Origin: Felis catus
Lineage: Eukaryota
DNA: 64,000 nt
Direction of reading: 5' to 3'
Assembly (NCBI RefSeq): GCF_018350175.1
Contig: NC_058368.1
Span: forward strand, 180,608,001-180,672,000
Shown: positions 50,850-64,000 of the stretch, one piece after another
Numbering within the stretch: the stretch's first letter is position 1
Layout of the letters: each line of letters opens with the position of its first letter
Position numbers and translations under genes: made by a program
Notes under the pieces: generated by a model
Seen by the model: only the letters and a program-made list of their open reading frames with translations
What the model was told of the DNA's origin: nothing
Databases searched by the model: none

Positions 50850-51170
50850 CAGGGGTTGGCCAATTGTTCCTATACAGGGCCAGGTAACACATGGCTCTGT
50901 GGACCGTGCAGTCTCTGTGGCAATCACTCAACACTAAGATGCAATGTGCAAGCTGACAGTCTATCAATGAATGGGTGTGGCTGTCCTCAAAAAAAAAAAC
51001 CCACTTTGTTTAATGGACACTGAAATTTGAGTTTAATAGTTATGTGTCAGAAAATATCTCTTATTTTTTTCAACACTTAATCAACATGAAGACTATTTTT
51101 AGCTTGGAAGCCATATAAAAAAAAAGGCAGCAGGTCAGATATGGCCCCTTTGACTGTAAGTTTCCAAACT
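50850..51170 (+). mobile_element. MER58B-like hAT element
   Basis: caggggttggccaa...atgaatgggtgtggctgt...atggacactgaaatttga...gtttccaaactct. Confidence 0.75.
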
Positions 51171-52667
51171 CTACTCCAATCCATCTGGGATGCGCTATTG
51201 TGAGCTATTCCCAGAGTGAGGATGAGTTGTAGGTAGGGGAGAGCTAGCAGGCATCATGGTGGGGCAGCAAACCCTCAGCAGACGTGGAAAGGGAGAGCAA
51301 AGGGGAGGTGAGGCTGGATGGTATGAACTGAAAGAAAGTAGGATTTTCTACCTAAAGGTTATTGGTTGGCAAGAGCTTTTTTTTTTTTTTTTTTTTGAGG
51401 GGAGCAGCCTAGGACAATGGAGGTATAGGAGGTGGGGGAAGTCTTTAAATCACATGGGGCATGCAAAAGTACATCAGGAAGAACACCCCTGAAGAGAGGA
51501 AGCTATTGGTAAGAATTGTAAACTGTCTTGGTAGTGGGCTGTGCACATCCTCCCTTGAGAGTTTTCTGAATTATCCCCCAGACTCTGCAGGGAACAGAAG
51601 ATGAAAGAAGCTGCAGGGGAGCAGTATCTGGAGCATCACTGAGAGATTGCAGAAACAATTCACTGCCAACAGACTGTCCCGACAGGGTCCCAGTGCTATA
51701 GTCATGGCCTGGATTGGCACGCTGCCCCTCAGATGCCCAATTACAGGGAAATGGGGTAAATATAATGCAGAATTCACTTTTTCTCTGCTTAACCACTCAA
51801 ATGAACAGCATGGGAAATTGAGTCTGACCTCATGAGTCAGCCCTGGACAAGTTCTTAACCCTGTCTCTCCCTCCAGGTACCCAATCTGTTGACTGGGGTC
51901 CTGGGGCTAGGACAGAGGGGAGGCCCCCAAACTTGATGGCTAGATTCAAAGATAACTCCAAGAAGGCAAGTCAGTAGTTTGCTTGGAAACTTCTCCGAGA
52001 ATTTCCTTGCAAGTGAGTGTATTAGCCAACTTGAGCATGAACTCAACCCAACAAAAGCAAATCCTAGAGGTAAAATGACACTCAATTTGACAACTTTATA
52101 ACTCCGACTGTCTGAGGGATATGGAAAACCAAAGAGCGTTGGCTCCCATCTTCTCAAAGGGATAACTGGATACATTCAATCCAGTATTGTCCTACCCTAA
52201 ACCACAATATTGACCAAAAGCAATCAAAATCAAAACTGAAGAAACTTGGGAACGATTACTTCTCAAAAAAGAAAACAATCTTAAAAAATTTTTCATCAAA
52301 AAACTTGTAGAGAGAGGTGGCTGAGTGAGAATGACATGGGACTAGAGGTGGAGACGTTGATCAGTGGTGGTGGTGATGGGGAGGGTCAAGAGCCCAAGGA
52401 TGACACCTTGCCTTGGGATAGCAAGAGGGTGCTCAAACCTATTCCAGTGGTACCTGGCTACCCAGGAAACCTGGGAGTCCTGCCTGTATCTAACCTTGTC
52501 TAAAACAACTGTGCTCAGGTGTTGCTGGCAAGCAGGGATCCAGTGATCCATCCAGCTGGGAGGGTATTCAACAAGGAAGGACTTGCAGACCACGGTCACG
52601 TAGGGTGCTTGAAACCTCCAGGTCCTGACAATTTCCCATGCATGTGCATTTCTCCCTCCCCGAATCA

Positions 52668-53141
<474 letters not shown>

Positions 53142-53293
53142 TCAACACCACAGCTGGCAAAACCCTCCACTGGAGGCCAGACCACACACATGGCCTGGGT
53201 CCCTGGAGCAGACCCCAAGGCCCAGCAGGTGCGTCACCTTGGGAGGCCTCTCCACTGGCTGGGTATTAATTTATTCTTATGTAGTTTCTAGAG

Positions 53294-53483
53294 CAGTGGT
53301 TCTCACAGTGGGGTCCCTGGACCTGCAGCACCACCATCACCTGGGAATTTGTTAGAAATGCAAATTCTTGTGCCTTGTTTGGACCTCCTGAATTGGAAAC
53401 TCTGGGCATGGGGCTCAGAAATTTGTTTTCACAAATCCTCCAGGTGGTTTTGATGTGCACTAGAGTGTGAGAATGAACCACTG
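53294..53483 (+). mobile_element. MER5A-like hAT-Charlie MITE, complete
   Basis: TIRs cagtggttctc...gaaccactg; internal catcacctgggaatttgttagaaatgcaaattct; 8-bp TSD ttctagag / ttctagaa. Confidence 0.88.
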
Positions 53484-54717
53484 TTCTAGAACTTGAGGCC
53501 ATCCCAGGAGGAGGTCACACAGTGGCGATCCAGTTTGGCAAAGCTACCCAGGAGGTGCCATCTGAAAAGATATATGTGCATCCTGACTCCCTAGCCAGCT
53601 GGGACTTTTTTTTTCCCCTGTTGAGAGCCTGAGCTGACCACCAGCCAGCTGGGAAACCCACAGCTCCATTCCCCTAATGACTGCACACTCACCCATCACC
53701 CAGATCGGCACCTTGTGGCAATGATGACCTCTATGATTGTGCTGCATTTACACAGCCTCTTTCTCAAAGGAGCTCAAAGTCTTTTGTGCTTGGGGAGGAG
53801 ACAGACAGACAGATAAACACTCGCTGGCGTTCCAGACCTCTCACTCGAGGACAAGCACGTGCCAGACATTCATCCTTACGACAGACTGCTAAGGGAGGCA
53901 TGGCTCATTGTGCCAGGGGAGGGAAAACCCAATCAGGAGGGGAAGTGACTCACTCAAAGTCACACAGCATGTAGGCAACACGGTTGGGTCTCAGATTGAG
54001 GGCTCCCCCTTCCCCATCCTCTGCAGAGCATGGCCTGGACCACCAGCATCAGTGTGGAATCCAGAGGTGAGTGGGCTTAGAAGACGTCTCAAAATAGCCC
54101 ATTCTAACGGACTCTTTTTTTTCTTTTGGAATGAAATATTCATTTCTTTCCCATTGTAGGCAAAGCTTCACATATATTCCCTACCTGATTGCCATGGCAA
54201 TCTGACAGCTGTCTCACTACCCGGAGGAAGGGGGCGGAATGATGATCGCTTGCTTGGATAGGCACTTGTCACTGTGAATGGAACCATTCTCAGGTAGGTT
54301 GGGACTGGCTTGAACTGTTGAACCGTTCCCTTTTAGGGTCACTCGGGAGGGAAGACACATACTCTTAATTTTAGGAAAATAAAGTGTATAGTGCAACTTC
54401 ATTATTTTCCTGTCACTGGAGTATTGCAGAGCTTTATAACATGTTCACACAGCACCCCGAGGGAGCCTCTTTTCTGTTTTATAGGACGTTCCATTCAGTT
54501 TGTCTGGGACTGAATTGTTCTGTTTTGTTTTCTGGTACCTTTAGGGAGTGTGCATAAGAAAACCTATAATGCAAATGGAAGCATTCCTCCCGGGCCCCTC
54601 ATCCATTTGTAGTGATGGAACAAACGAGGCACAAGAACCTGCGGTATTTTTGTGTGTGTGTGTTTGTTTCTCAGGATCACAGACTTCATGACTGAGAAGA
54701 GAGTATGATAGGCCCTA

Positions 54718-55068
<351 letters not shown>

Positions 55069-57375
55069 TCACTCATGGGAGTGGGCCATGAGACACCACC
55101 TTGCTGCTGAAGAAGCCAGTGATTCACTAATTCTTATTCTCTTGGGAGCAAATGGAGCAGCCCAGGTAATACTTACGTGGTCTCTTGAAGAACAACCCAT
55201 AAAGAATTCAAGGATTTTTATGTGCCCAAACACCGAATCTCCAACTTGAAGAGAATGTAAGAGAGAGAGAGGGGATTTTTCAAGCAGAGCTTTAGTGGGA
55301 ACCAGATATAGAGGTGTGTCATTCAATGTTGAGAACCTTGTACTTCTAAACATTTGTACTTTAATTATATCATATCAGAGCTTCTGAGCCTGGAACATGA
55401 ATACTGGTGATATCTCTACATGTGTCCCCAAACCCAATTATCCCTCACTATCAGAGAGAAAAAGAAGGCTCATTCTAACTTCACTAATATTTGACTTCAG
55501 AAGGTAACAAAGGATTAAAAAGAAAACCAATGAAACTTATAAATGAGTCACTTTGCTAATTAGATTTCACTTAGGCTAAGTTTAAAAGTAGTTTCCATTC
55601 GTTGTCACACATCTACAACAGGAGTCAGTAAAAAAAGCAGTATAGAAGGGGTGAAGCTAGGTATGGAATGATCCCAAAGAGGTAATATTCCTAAATATAA
55701 TCATGAGTGGACTGAATGGCGGAGTCTCTAGCTGTGGCACTGACATTCCCTCAGACTGTCAGTCAGAAGAGTTAATGGTCAGATTTTGGTCACTGTCATT
55801 CTTGCTAGTTTTATCGTCTGTTTGGCCATTTAAGTACTCAGAGTGGGTATGCATCCAGTAGGTAACTTGAAGATTCCTACTCTAGATTCAACTCAAAGTG
55901 AGCTGCCAAATCCAGTTCTCAACAACAGGACTTTTGCATGGGAATTTGACTCCAAACCTTGGATGTTCATCCAGCCCCAGAGTTGGATAAATAGGGCTTT
56001 TTAGAGGAAGATCAACTTCCTTAGGTATTTCTAACAAATGATACAATGGCATTTGAAGATGAGAGAAATGTACAACGTGGGGTTTGGATGGCAAACAGTG
56101 GTTTTGCAGAGAGCTCAGATGTTGTCTTGTGAATCAGAGAAATAGGGAAGTCTCATCACCTTATTTAGCTAAGACATACATTTTCTTCATTTTAACAGCT
56201 TGGAAATCAGCCCTCTCGGCCTAGGTTAAAGCATTTTCTTCTGCCGTCATCTGGGGGCACAGCCAGCTTGAGACCACTTTAAATTCTTTTTTTGAGGTTT
56301 TCTGGACCACTCTGCTGCTGTAATTTAGTCCCTGATGTGCATGTGTGCCATCGTGTAATTCAAATTCTCAGAGATTTTGATTTCTCTCTTTGCCTGATGC
56401 CAAGATTGAAACATACAAGATTTTTGGCCTCTTAAATAGTTCACCATGACACTGAAATGGCAACCCTTTGGGGTCCCAGCTTTTTGTACCATAGTATCAA
56501 CTTTTTTTCTTCTTATGGCATACAAAATAATGGTATGTTTTAAAATTGATGATACATTGGCTCTAAATATGACATTTAGATTACCCATGCCACAAATGAT
56601 TTCATTCTGGGGTATGTCAGACATCAGGAACTTGAATTTATTAGAAATCACACTATTCCATGAAGTTTCCAAAGAGCAGTGCTCCCTTGAGGCAACAATA
56701 TGAATTTTCAGTGTAAAGACATGTTTCTGATCTGATCCATTTGAATCTTCTCAGGAAGGTATTATTTATGAAAACCAGCTCAAAACTATTTGAGCCATGG
56801 GGAAACAGAAGCTGCCATTGATTATAAAAAAATAAAAAATACACCCTCAGAAAGGGGAATTTCAGTGATTTATTATTAGGTGGAGACGTTTATGATGATG
56901 CTACTTGCTCTGGTTGCAATCACTTTAACGGTTGAATTCATTGTCTTCGGTACTATCACTTCTGATGATATAACCTTTTCTAACACGTTCAAATTTTCTC
57001 AGGATGGTGGAGTGCATCTGGAGGTAAACGAATCGAAAGTTTCAAACAAATAGAAGACATTTACAAAAAGGCTGTGCAACGTCTTTGGCGTCTGTCTTGT
57101 TCTTAGAACAGTCAAAAAATATAGTAGGTGTTCAATACCCAGTTGCTACAGGAATGAATGGCAGACTGCTATAAAGCATTTGTCATTACCGAGAAAAACT
57201 ATGGAGAACTAACAACAAAGAAATGGTGCTAACAACTTCTTGCTTTTGGGAAGCACGCTGTGTCATTTGGGATCTGTACAATATGAGCTAATTCATTCAG
57301 AATCAATCTTGTCCATATTCTTCTAATACAAGGAAATCCCAAAGTTGTATTTTTTTCCTCTCTGCCCATCTCTAA

Positions 57376-57590
57376 AATTTTTTTTTTCAACGTTTATTTA
57401 TTTTTGGGACAGAGAGAGACAGAGCATGAATGGGGGAGGGGCAGAGAGAGAGGGAGACACAGAATCGGAAACAGGCTCCAGGCTCTGAGCCATCAGCCCA
57501 GAGCCCGATGCGGGGCTCGAACTCACAGACTGAGAGATCGTGACCTGGCTGAAGTCGGACGCTTAACCGACTGCGCCACCCAGGCGCCCC
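57376..57590 (-). mobile_element. Young felid SINE (SINEC_Fc)
   Basis: Near-consensus with CpGs retained; perfect 17-bp TSD tctctgcccatctctaa at 57359-57375 and 57591-57607. Confidence 0.95.
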
Positions 57591-60500
57591 TCTCTGCCCA
57601 TCTCTAATACAGCAAAATCAAAATATACACAGAGATATCTCATGTGCTATGTGTCTCAAAAACTACCCTCCATCTATAATTAGCTATTTAAAATGTTTGG
57701 TGAGGTGCCAACAGCTAGGAGCTTTCAAAAACTTAAAAAAAATATACCATACACTTTTTCTTAAAAGGATGAAATAAAAAGTAATATACACCTCCCTAAA
57801 AGAAAATAAGAAAATATAGTTTTTCTTCCAGACAAGTTAGCTTTCTCTTCTCTATCTTAAATTATAGTATGGAGAAAAGAAGAAAATCCACTGAGATATA
57901 TTAGTCCAGGAGTGGAATGTCATCAAGAGAATCATTTATTGTATCTAGATATATGAGCCAACCCTTTCAGTTATACAAGTAAATATGCTTTTTGTGCTAT
58001 ACAATTACAGCAGCTGATGGAATAACTAAATCCAGACTTTAAGAAGAGCAGTTTCATTATGAATTTTAAATTTGGTTCCAATTTCATGAGATGGTCTTGT
58101 GGCCACATCCTTAGAATCTTTAGCAGGCAGGAGGGACTATGGCATCTTACAAAGCTTTATAAATAGAAACAGTGTTACACTTAAAAGGGGGACAGTGGCC
58201 TTTACCAGCTAAGAACCATGTGCCTTACAACACCAGCCCCTTGGCAGCTGAAATCATTAGAACTCATTTAGTCTTGGGCCCTCTGTAGGTTTGACAAAAA
58301 AGGGTTGTGAATGCAATTTCTATCCCTAAGGATAAAAAAAGAGGTCAAGGAATTTTACAAACAATATGTACTATAAACCCCTGAAGAACCATGAATTACA
58401 TTTATGAAGTTAAATGTCATTGAAAAATGACTCAACCATGAAACTGACAAGAAAACATGGCTGACTTGAACTAATATGTCAGTTCCTCTCTCATCACCTG
58501 CCCACTCCCCCAGATATCATTAAATGAAACCTCGTGAATCCATCCTTTCATTTTCTTGTGCAAATTTGTTAATAGTACAACAATGTTTATACAGCAAAAA
58601 TGGAGGATGGCAACTATTGATTTCGTTGCCATGGCCATTTCAGGTAAATTGTCTGAATGTTATGACTATGATGAATATCAGAAATAAAAAGCTAAATGGA
58701 AGAAAAAGTGCTGATCCAGAGTTTCTGATTCCATTTCCTATTTTGAAAACAGCATATGAATCACCTCAATTCATTCTTTTTGGGTAGCAGAAATCAATAG
58801 AGGAGATTTCATCCTTTTATAATGATCCACGTGGCTTTCTTGTTTTGTTGGATGGTTAATTCATTCCGAACATTTAAATAAGACTGGTTGGTAGAGTAAG
58901 AAAGTTGAGAAATCACTTGAAATGCTACTCACAAAGATATGTACAATCTTTACTGGAGGGAAAAAAATTCTAAGACGGGCAATGTCATTGCTTTATCATT
59001 TCGTTCTCGCCAAATGATGTATGCAAAAGGTCGTTTTAACCTTTCTTGTCATGTTATTGGCCTCTCCCATGTTTTCAGCAAATGCAGCTTTGCCTTCTGC
59101 AATCCATTTATCTTTAAGAACTTTAACCTTTCAAGCAGGGTTATTAAATCAGTCCTTCCTCTATCCAAACTCCCAATTTGGTTTTATGATGCAGATGGAG
59201 GGAGGCTACCTTTTATAATAGAGGGGAAAAAAAACATATAGAGTGTTGAGCAAATGAAGATCTGGGGGTCAGACTTCTGGGTCCCATTAATGGCATTACC
59301 ACTGATGTATTGGAAAATCTTAGAAGAATAATGTCATGGAAGCTGACTCTTTGTAGCCATAGTTCTAAAAACTATGAAATGGGAGATTTCAGAAGGAGAG
59401 CTTTTGTATGTTTATCTAAGGATAAGCTACTGTCATTACTTTGTCGTGAGGGCTGTAATGATTTTTTTTTAATAGAACCCTGGAGATCTATTACTTAACA
59501 GGATGGGAGAACAGATCCACTTGAATCTGAGAACCTCATAGCACCTGAGGCGCCTTTTTCTCAGCTTGGCAGTGAGAAGCTGAGAGGCAACACAGGCATA
59601 TGGCACCTAACAGAGTCTTTTCTAGGAGGACATTCTGTGTAGTCCTCTCAAGTTGTTTCACATGGGGTAGGTGGTGGGCTTCACTTTTCTCCTTAGCTTG
59701 TTGGGTGAGTTGACACTTTTTCCACTGGGAATGTGGGAGGGAAAAGTGCTGTTTGAGTTGCACAGGGATGTTTGCCTGGGAGACACATGTAGAAGAAAGG
59801 TGCTCAGCTGGAAAATAACAACTGAGCCAATTCGAAGGGTGGGAGTGGGCCAGGGATAGAGAGCATCAAGGCTCTTACCTGACTACGAACTCTGGTTCAT
59901 GCTTTATATTGAGAGAAACAAGAGATGAACAAGCCGAGACTGTACTATGGAAGCACAAATACAGAGGGGGAAGAGTGACAGGCAGTTTGTCAGAGTTCCT
60001 TCGCCTTACAGGTCTCAACACCTTGTACCAAATAACTCTTCTACAAGCACTAACCAGAGTGACTAGGACTGTAGCTGGCTTCTGATCAGCTCCAGAGCGG
60101 TGCTCCTTCTCAATCCCTGTACTGCCTCCTCCATGCCGCCTTCCTGCTCACTGAGTCTCATCTCTGATAGTATCTTTTCAGATTGGATTCAGTTTATTAC
60201 ACCCCTAACTTTTCCCATGGGTGCTAGAGGCCACCAGAATGCATGTTATACTGAGCATTTCAGAATTCACCAAATTCCAGTCCTGTGCTACACACCCACC
60301 CTCCTCTAATTCTATGTGATTTAGGTTACCAGGACAATGTGCCCTACAACGTGTCTCTAAATGACATGGCTGTCTATTGTCTTTCAAGTCTGACTGCTTT
60401 CTGTTGGTATTAATTTTTGTAAAATGTACACATACATATATGGGTACTAGATTACCAGGGGCAGTTTTAAAAAAATAAAACAACTATGGGGAACACAGGG

Positions 60501-60948
60501 AGATTAAGGATTCTTGTTTATTTATTTATTTTTCTGGATAGCTTTAGTAATTCCCAAATCAGAGGATTTTAAATAAAGCAAAAGAAAAGAGGAAGGAAGA
60601 TGGGGAAGTAGAAGAAAGAAAAAAGGGTAAAGAAGGAGCAGGAAGGGGGGAGAAGGAGGAGTTACAGGCAAAGAGAAGAAAGATAAAGGCAGAGAAAACA
60701 ATTTAAAGAAGTAGCCAATTAACATAAAGAAGGGTAAACAAAGCATTCCTTCCAGAACCCCTCCACAGCCCTGTGTTTTCTACAACTTCAGAAGTCTACA
60801 AAACCCAAGGCATTTGAAGTTCTCTGCGCAAAATGTTGAAGTTTCCTTTGCAAAATGCGGAGCCTTGGATTGGGCTCCTTAGCAACCGTCTGAGCCTGTA
60901 GTAGCCTCCCACCTCTGCTGCTGCCCAGCCTGGCCCTGCAGCACTTAC

Positions 60949-61143
60949 CTTCCTCACAGTGCTCGCCTTTGTGGCCAGCGGAGCACACACAGTTCCCATC
61001 AATGCAGGAGCCATGGCCCCCGCAGGAAGGATCGATGCACTGATTCATGGGCACATCACACTCTGCGCCTTTCCAGCCGCTGTAGCACTGGCACGTCCCT
61101 TTGGAATATTGTCCGTTTCCACTGCACAGGACGGGGCAGGCAG
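60949..61143 (-). CDS. TENM2: TENM2 coding exon, EGF-like repeats 2-3 (195 nt, phase 1-1)
   Basis: Acceptor ggtttttgcag|CTGCC, donor GAAG|gtaagt. Encodes (A)[64 protein letters not shown]. The first repeat has Tyr in place of the third Cys, the known teneurin EGF2 dimerisation feature. Confidence 0.96.
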
Positions 61144-61344
61144 CTGCAAAAACCAGAGACAGCACACCAGGTCACAGGGGGTAGTGCCTGAAGGGTTGTG
61201 TCTGTCTATGGAGGCAGAGCCCACCTGGCATTTCAGCTTTGTTTGCAATGTTAGAGGTTGGAAACTCTGGTCATGGAGGTGCGGAGCCATCTTCAAATAA
61301 ACAATTACTATCACAATGACAACAACAAAAATGCTACTAGTAAC

Positions 61345-61520
61345 AGCAGCTACCACCAATTAGATGCTTATTATGTGCCAGGCACAGGGTCAAATGCCCT
61401 ATGTACAATTTATTCCTTAATCATCATAATCGTTTTATGAGGTGGAGGCTAGACTCTGGATGCCTGTTTTACAGATGAGGCTCAGACTGGTCAGATTAGG
61501 CAGCCAAAGCCACAAAGCTC
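61345..61520 (-). mobile_element. MIR
   Basis: gcttattatgtgccaggcac...cctgttttacagatgaggctcaga. Confidence 0.65.
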
Positions 61521-64000
61521 AAAAGAGGGGGAGTCCCCTTAGAAAGCAAGTTGGCCCAACTCTAAGCTGTGCACTTGATCAAGCTACATGGATTCGTGTG
61601 TTATTATTAGTGGTACAGGAGATTAGGATCCATTTTGCTGAGTATTTAGCTAATTGGCTTCTATTCCTGACAACTTTATGTCCATTAAAAAGAAGTGGGA
61701 TGGGCTGTGGTTGACACACTCAATCTCTTTATGTTTTAGCTTCCTTATCTAGACTACAAAGAGATAAATGTGTAATAAAGAATAGACTAAACATGCCTGG
61801 ACTATTAAGAAAAAGAAATCAAGAAGGGGAGGGCAAACCGAAGATCTGAAACTTGTAGTGGTTCCTGTCCCAGCTGGGACTCCCCTGCATTTGTGCAGAG
61901 GAAGAGGGCTGAAAGTCATTGAGGACCATCTGGTATGAGATTACCCAATGTTTTTCACCAATCTCGGCTCAAATGTGCCAATTCACCACTTTTAGAGATC
62001 AAGACTGGGATTTTAGTGGTCACCTTCAGTCTTTGGACTCTTCCTTTCAGAATCGGTTTGTAAAGAACCTAAGTTTCCAATGTGGCTTCTCATTTTGGGC
62101 CTAGAAGGAGGGCACAACTGCCTGCTTTGGAGCTGGCACTCAGGGACCTTCAGAAATGACCAAGAGAGATGTTTCAGAGACTCCTGGTTTACCCATGATT
62201 TGGAATGCATGGGTTCTGAGAATTTTACATGTACATGTATGTGTACAGACCAAACTGTGTCACAGGACAGGGATGCAATTAGATCGCTGCAGTAAGTGGT
62301 GCCACCCTGCCTCATCAACTGTCCCCTGTTGTCATGTATCTATCTTGTTTTTATAGTAATTAGCTTTCCTTCTGTGAGAGTCTAATTTCCCAGAGATTTA
62401 GTAAACCCCTTGAGGACAGGACCATGTTCATCATTGTTGATTTCCTTTTAGCTCTGCAGTCATCAATGTTGATGTAAGTAAATATTTCTCCTATGTTCCT
62501 GATATTTAGACATCGTCAACTAGGAGGTTATGGCAAGCACTAAATAGCCATTTATGAAAGACATGGAAAACACAGTTTGTGGAATAGACCTCATGCTGCA
62601 CACCTGGTACCTTTTTCTGAGGTTTGTAACGTAATTACAAACTTTTCTGAAAAAAAACATCTTAAAGTTGACATATGGTTGAGGGATGTCCTGCCCTCCC
62701 CCCAGTGTTTTATTATAGGACAGTTGTGGAAATTATTTGGACTATGATTCTTAGCAGAATTCTCATCCTTCTGAATCTACCAGAGAAAAATGAGTTCAAA
62801 AGTGAGAATATCAAAGCCACATAATTGACTCTGGATAGACTCTCTTTAAATGTAGAGAGCATGCTTTCTATTCCAGGATACTTTAGCAGAGGTCTGTACA
62901 GAGTTGCTACACATGCTGATTGTCTAAGGCAGGGTAGAAGAAAGCTTTGAACCCAGGGTGCCCAAGATACAGGTTAGGGACTGTGCAAATGTGAGGAAGC
63001 ATGAGAAAAAGTATGGTCTTTTGAAAAGTTTTGAGAGGGCTTTGAAGAAAAAGTAAATTTGTTCCATGTCAGTTTCTCATGAAATATGCTAAGTTCTATG
63101 TCAGGAATGGCAAATGTGTGATGTAAATTACTATTCTCCCTTCCTGTACCTCTGCAGACATCATCAATTGATCATGGCATCTTGTTGCCCTGAGTCTAGA
63201 CAGAACCTCAAACCTTCAATGCAGTGCCCAGGTTGAGACCTGCAAGAAGGCAGAATTGGCATTTCAAGAGAAAATCCACTTTCCATTTTTGATCTAGGTA
63301 ACATTAAAATATCTCTTCTACTGGCAAGACTAGAATCGGCATCATTTCTTACCCCACTTCTACTTTAGCCCACTGAAATAGGAAACTAGTGAGAAGGGTG
63401 GCCACACATACAGTGAAATGAGCTTCCAAGGGCTGTTTCTGAGTTGAGGATTATATATTGGACAAGCTGCCATGAACAGCAGAGAAAGTTACATCAAATC
63501 ACCCCCACTGGACCCCCAATGCACCTTCTTTCCTCTCAAAGGGTGGAAGAGGGTAGAAAGTAAGGGGTGAATAAGTATTATCTTTATTAATTGATAAAAT
63601 AGTTACAATTATTTTATTTATTCATACTGCAACTATTTCTCTTCTGTATAAACTCCATGTGGTGAAAAAAAATAGGATTGTCTAGAAGGTAAGAATGGAT
63701 TTTATTTAAAACCAGGTGCTTGGGAAATCAAATTTAAAATGTGACCTACTTAAATTACTCAGGGGAAGAAATGGAGACTCGTCAGGTCAGAGAATTCTCC
63801 ACATTCTAAATGCAGCTTTCCTTCAGTATGTTTGCTGCATGACCACTGGGAGTGTGGTAAGAAATGCAAAACACTGTGGTAGTCTCTGGAAAGCAAGGCA
63901 CTGGATGGACTTGGCTGATGCCACATAAAAAAGTGGAAGCAGCTTAAAGAGGAATGAATTTTTCTAGTAATCCAGGTGCCACTGGGGGCGAATGCAAAAG

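Overview
Mammalian genomic DNA, felid-like judging by the SINEC_Fc-type tRNA-derived SINEs. The whole window lies inside the teneurin-2 gene (TENM2) on the minus strand. Four phase-1/phase-1 coding exons encode EGF-like repeats 2-8: 61143-60949, 55037-54837, 53116-52931 (extendable to 52904) and 22657-22511. The rest is intron. It holds 11 carnivore SINEs, a full-length RPS11 processed pseudogene with a 15-bp TSD, a full-length 7SK retrocopy, many old MIR/L2/L1/hAT fragments and microsatellites. I see no convincing wholly new biological system. The best leads concern the EGF7-EGF8 splice region: tandem GT/GC donors giving the 9-aa GRQTAGTET insert, an open read-through, a CpG-retaining block near 31.2-31.5 kb with two candidate microexons that restore frame only together, and RBFOX/G-run motifs around the EGF8 exon. 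Other leads are a ~39-kb stretch without young SINEs, several RFX X-boxes (one inside coding sequence) and two old local direct repeats. Repeat boundaries and subfamily names were judged by eye and are approximate.
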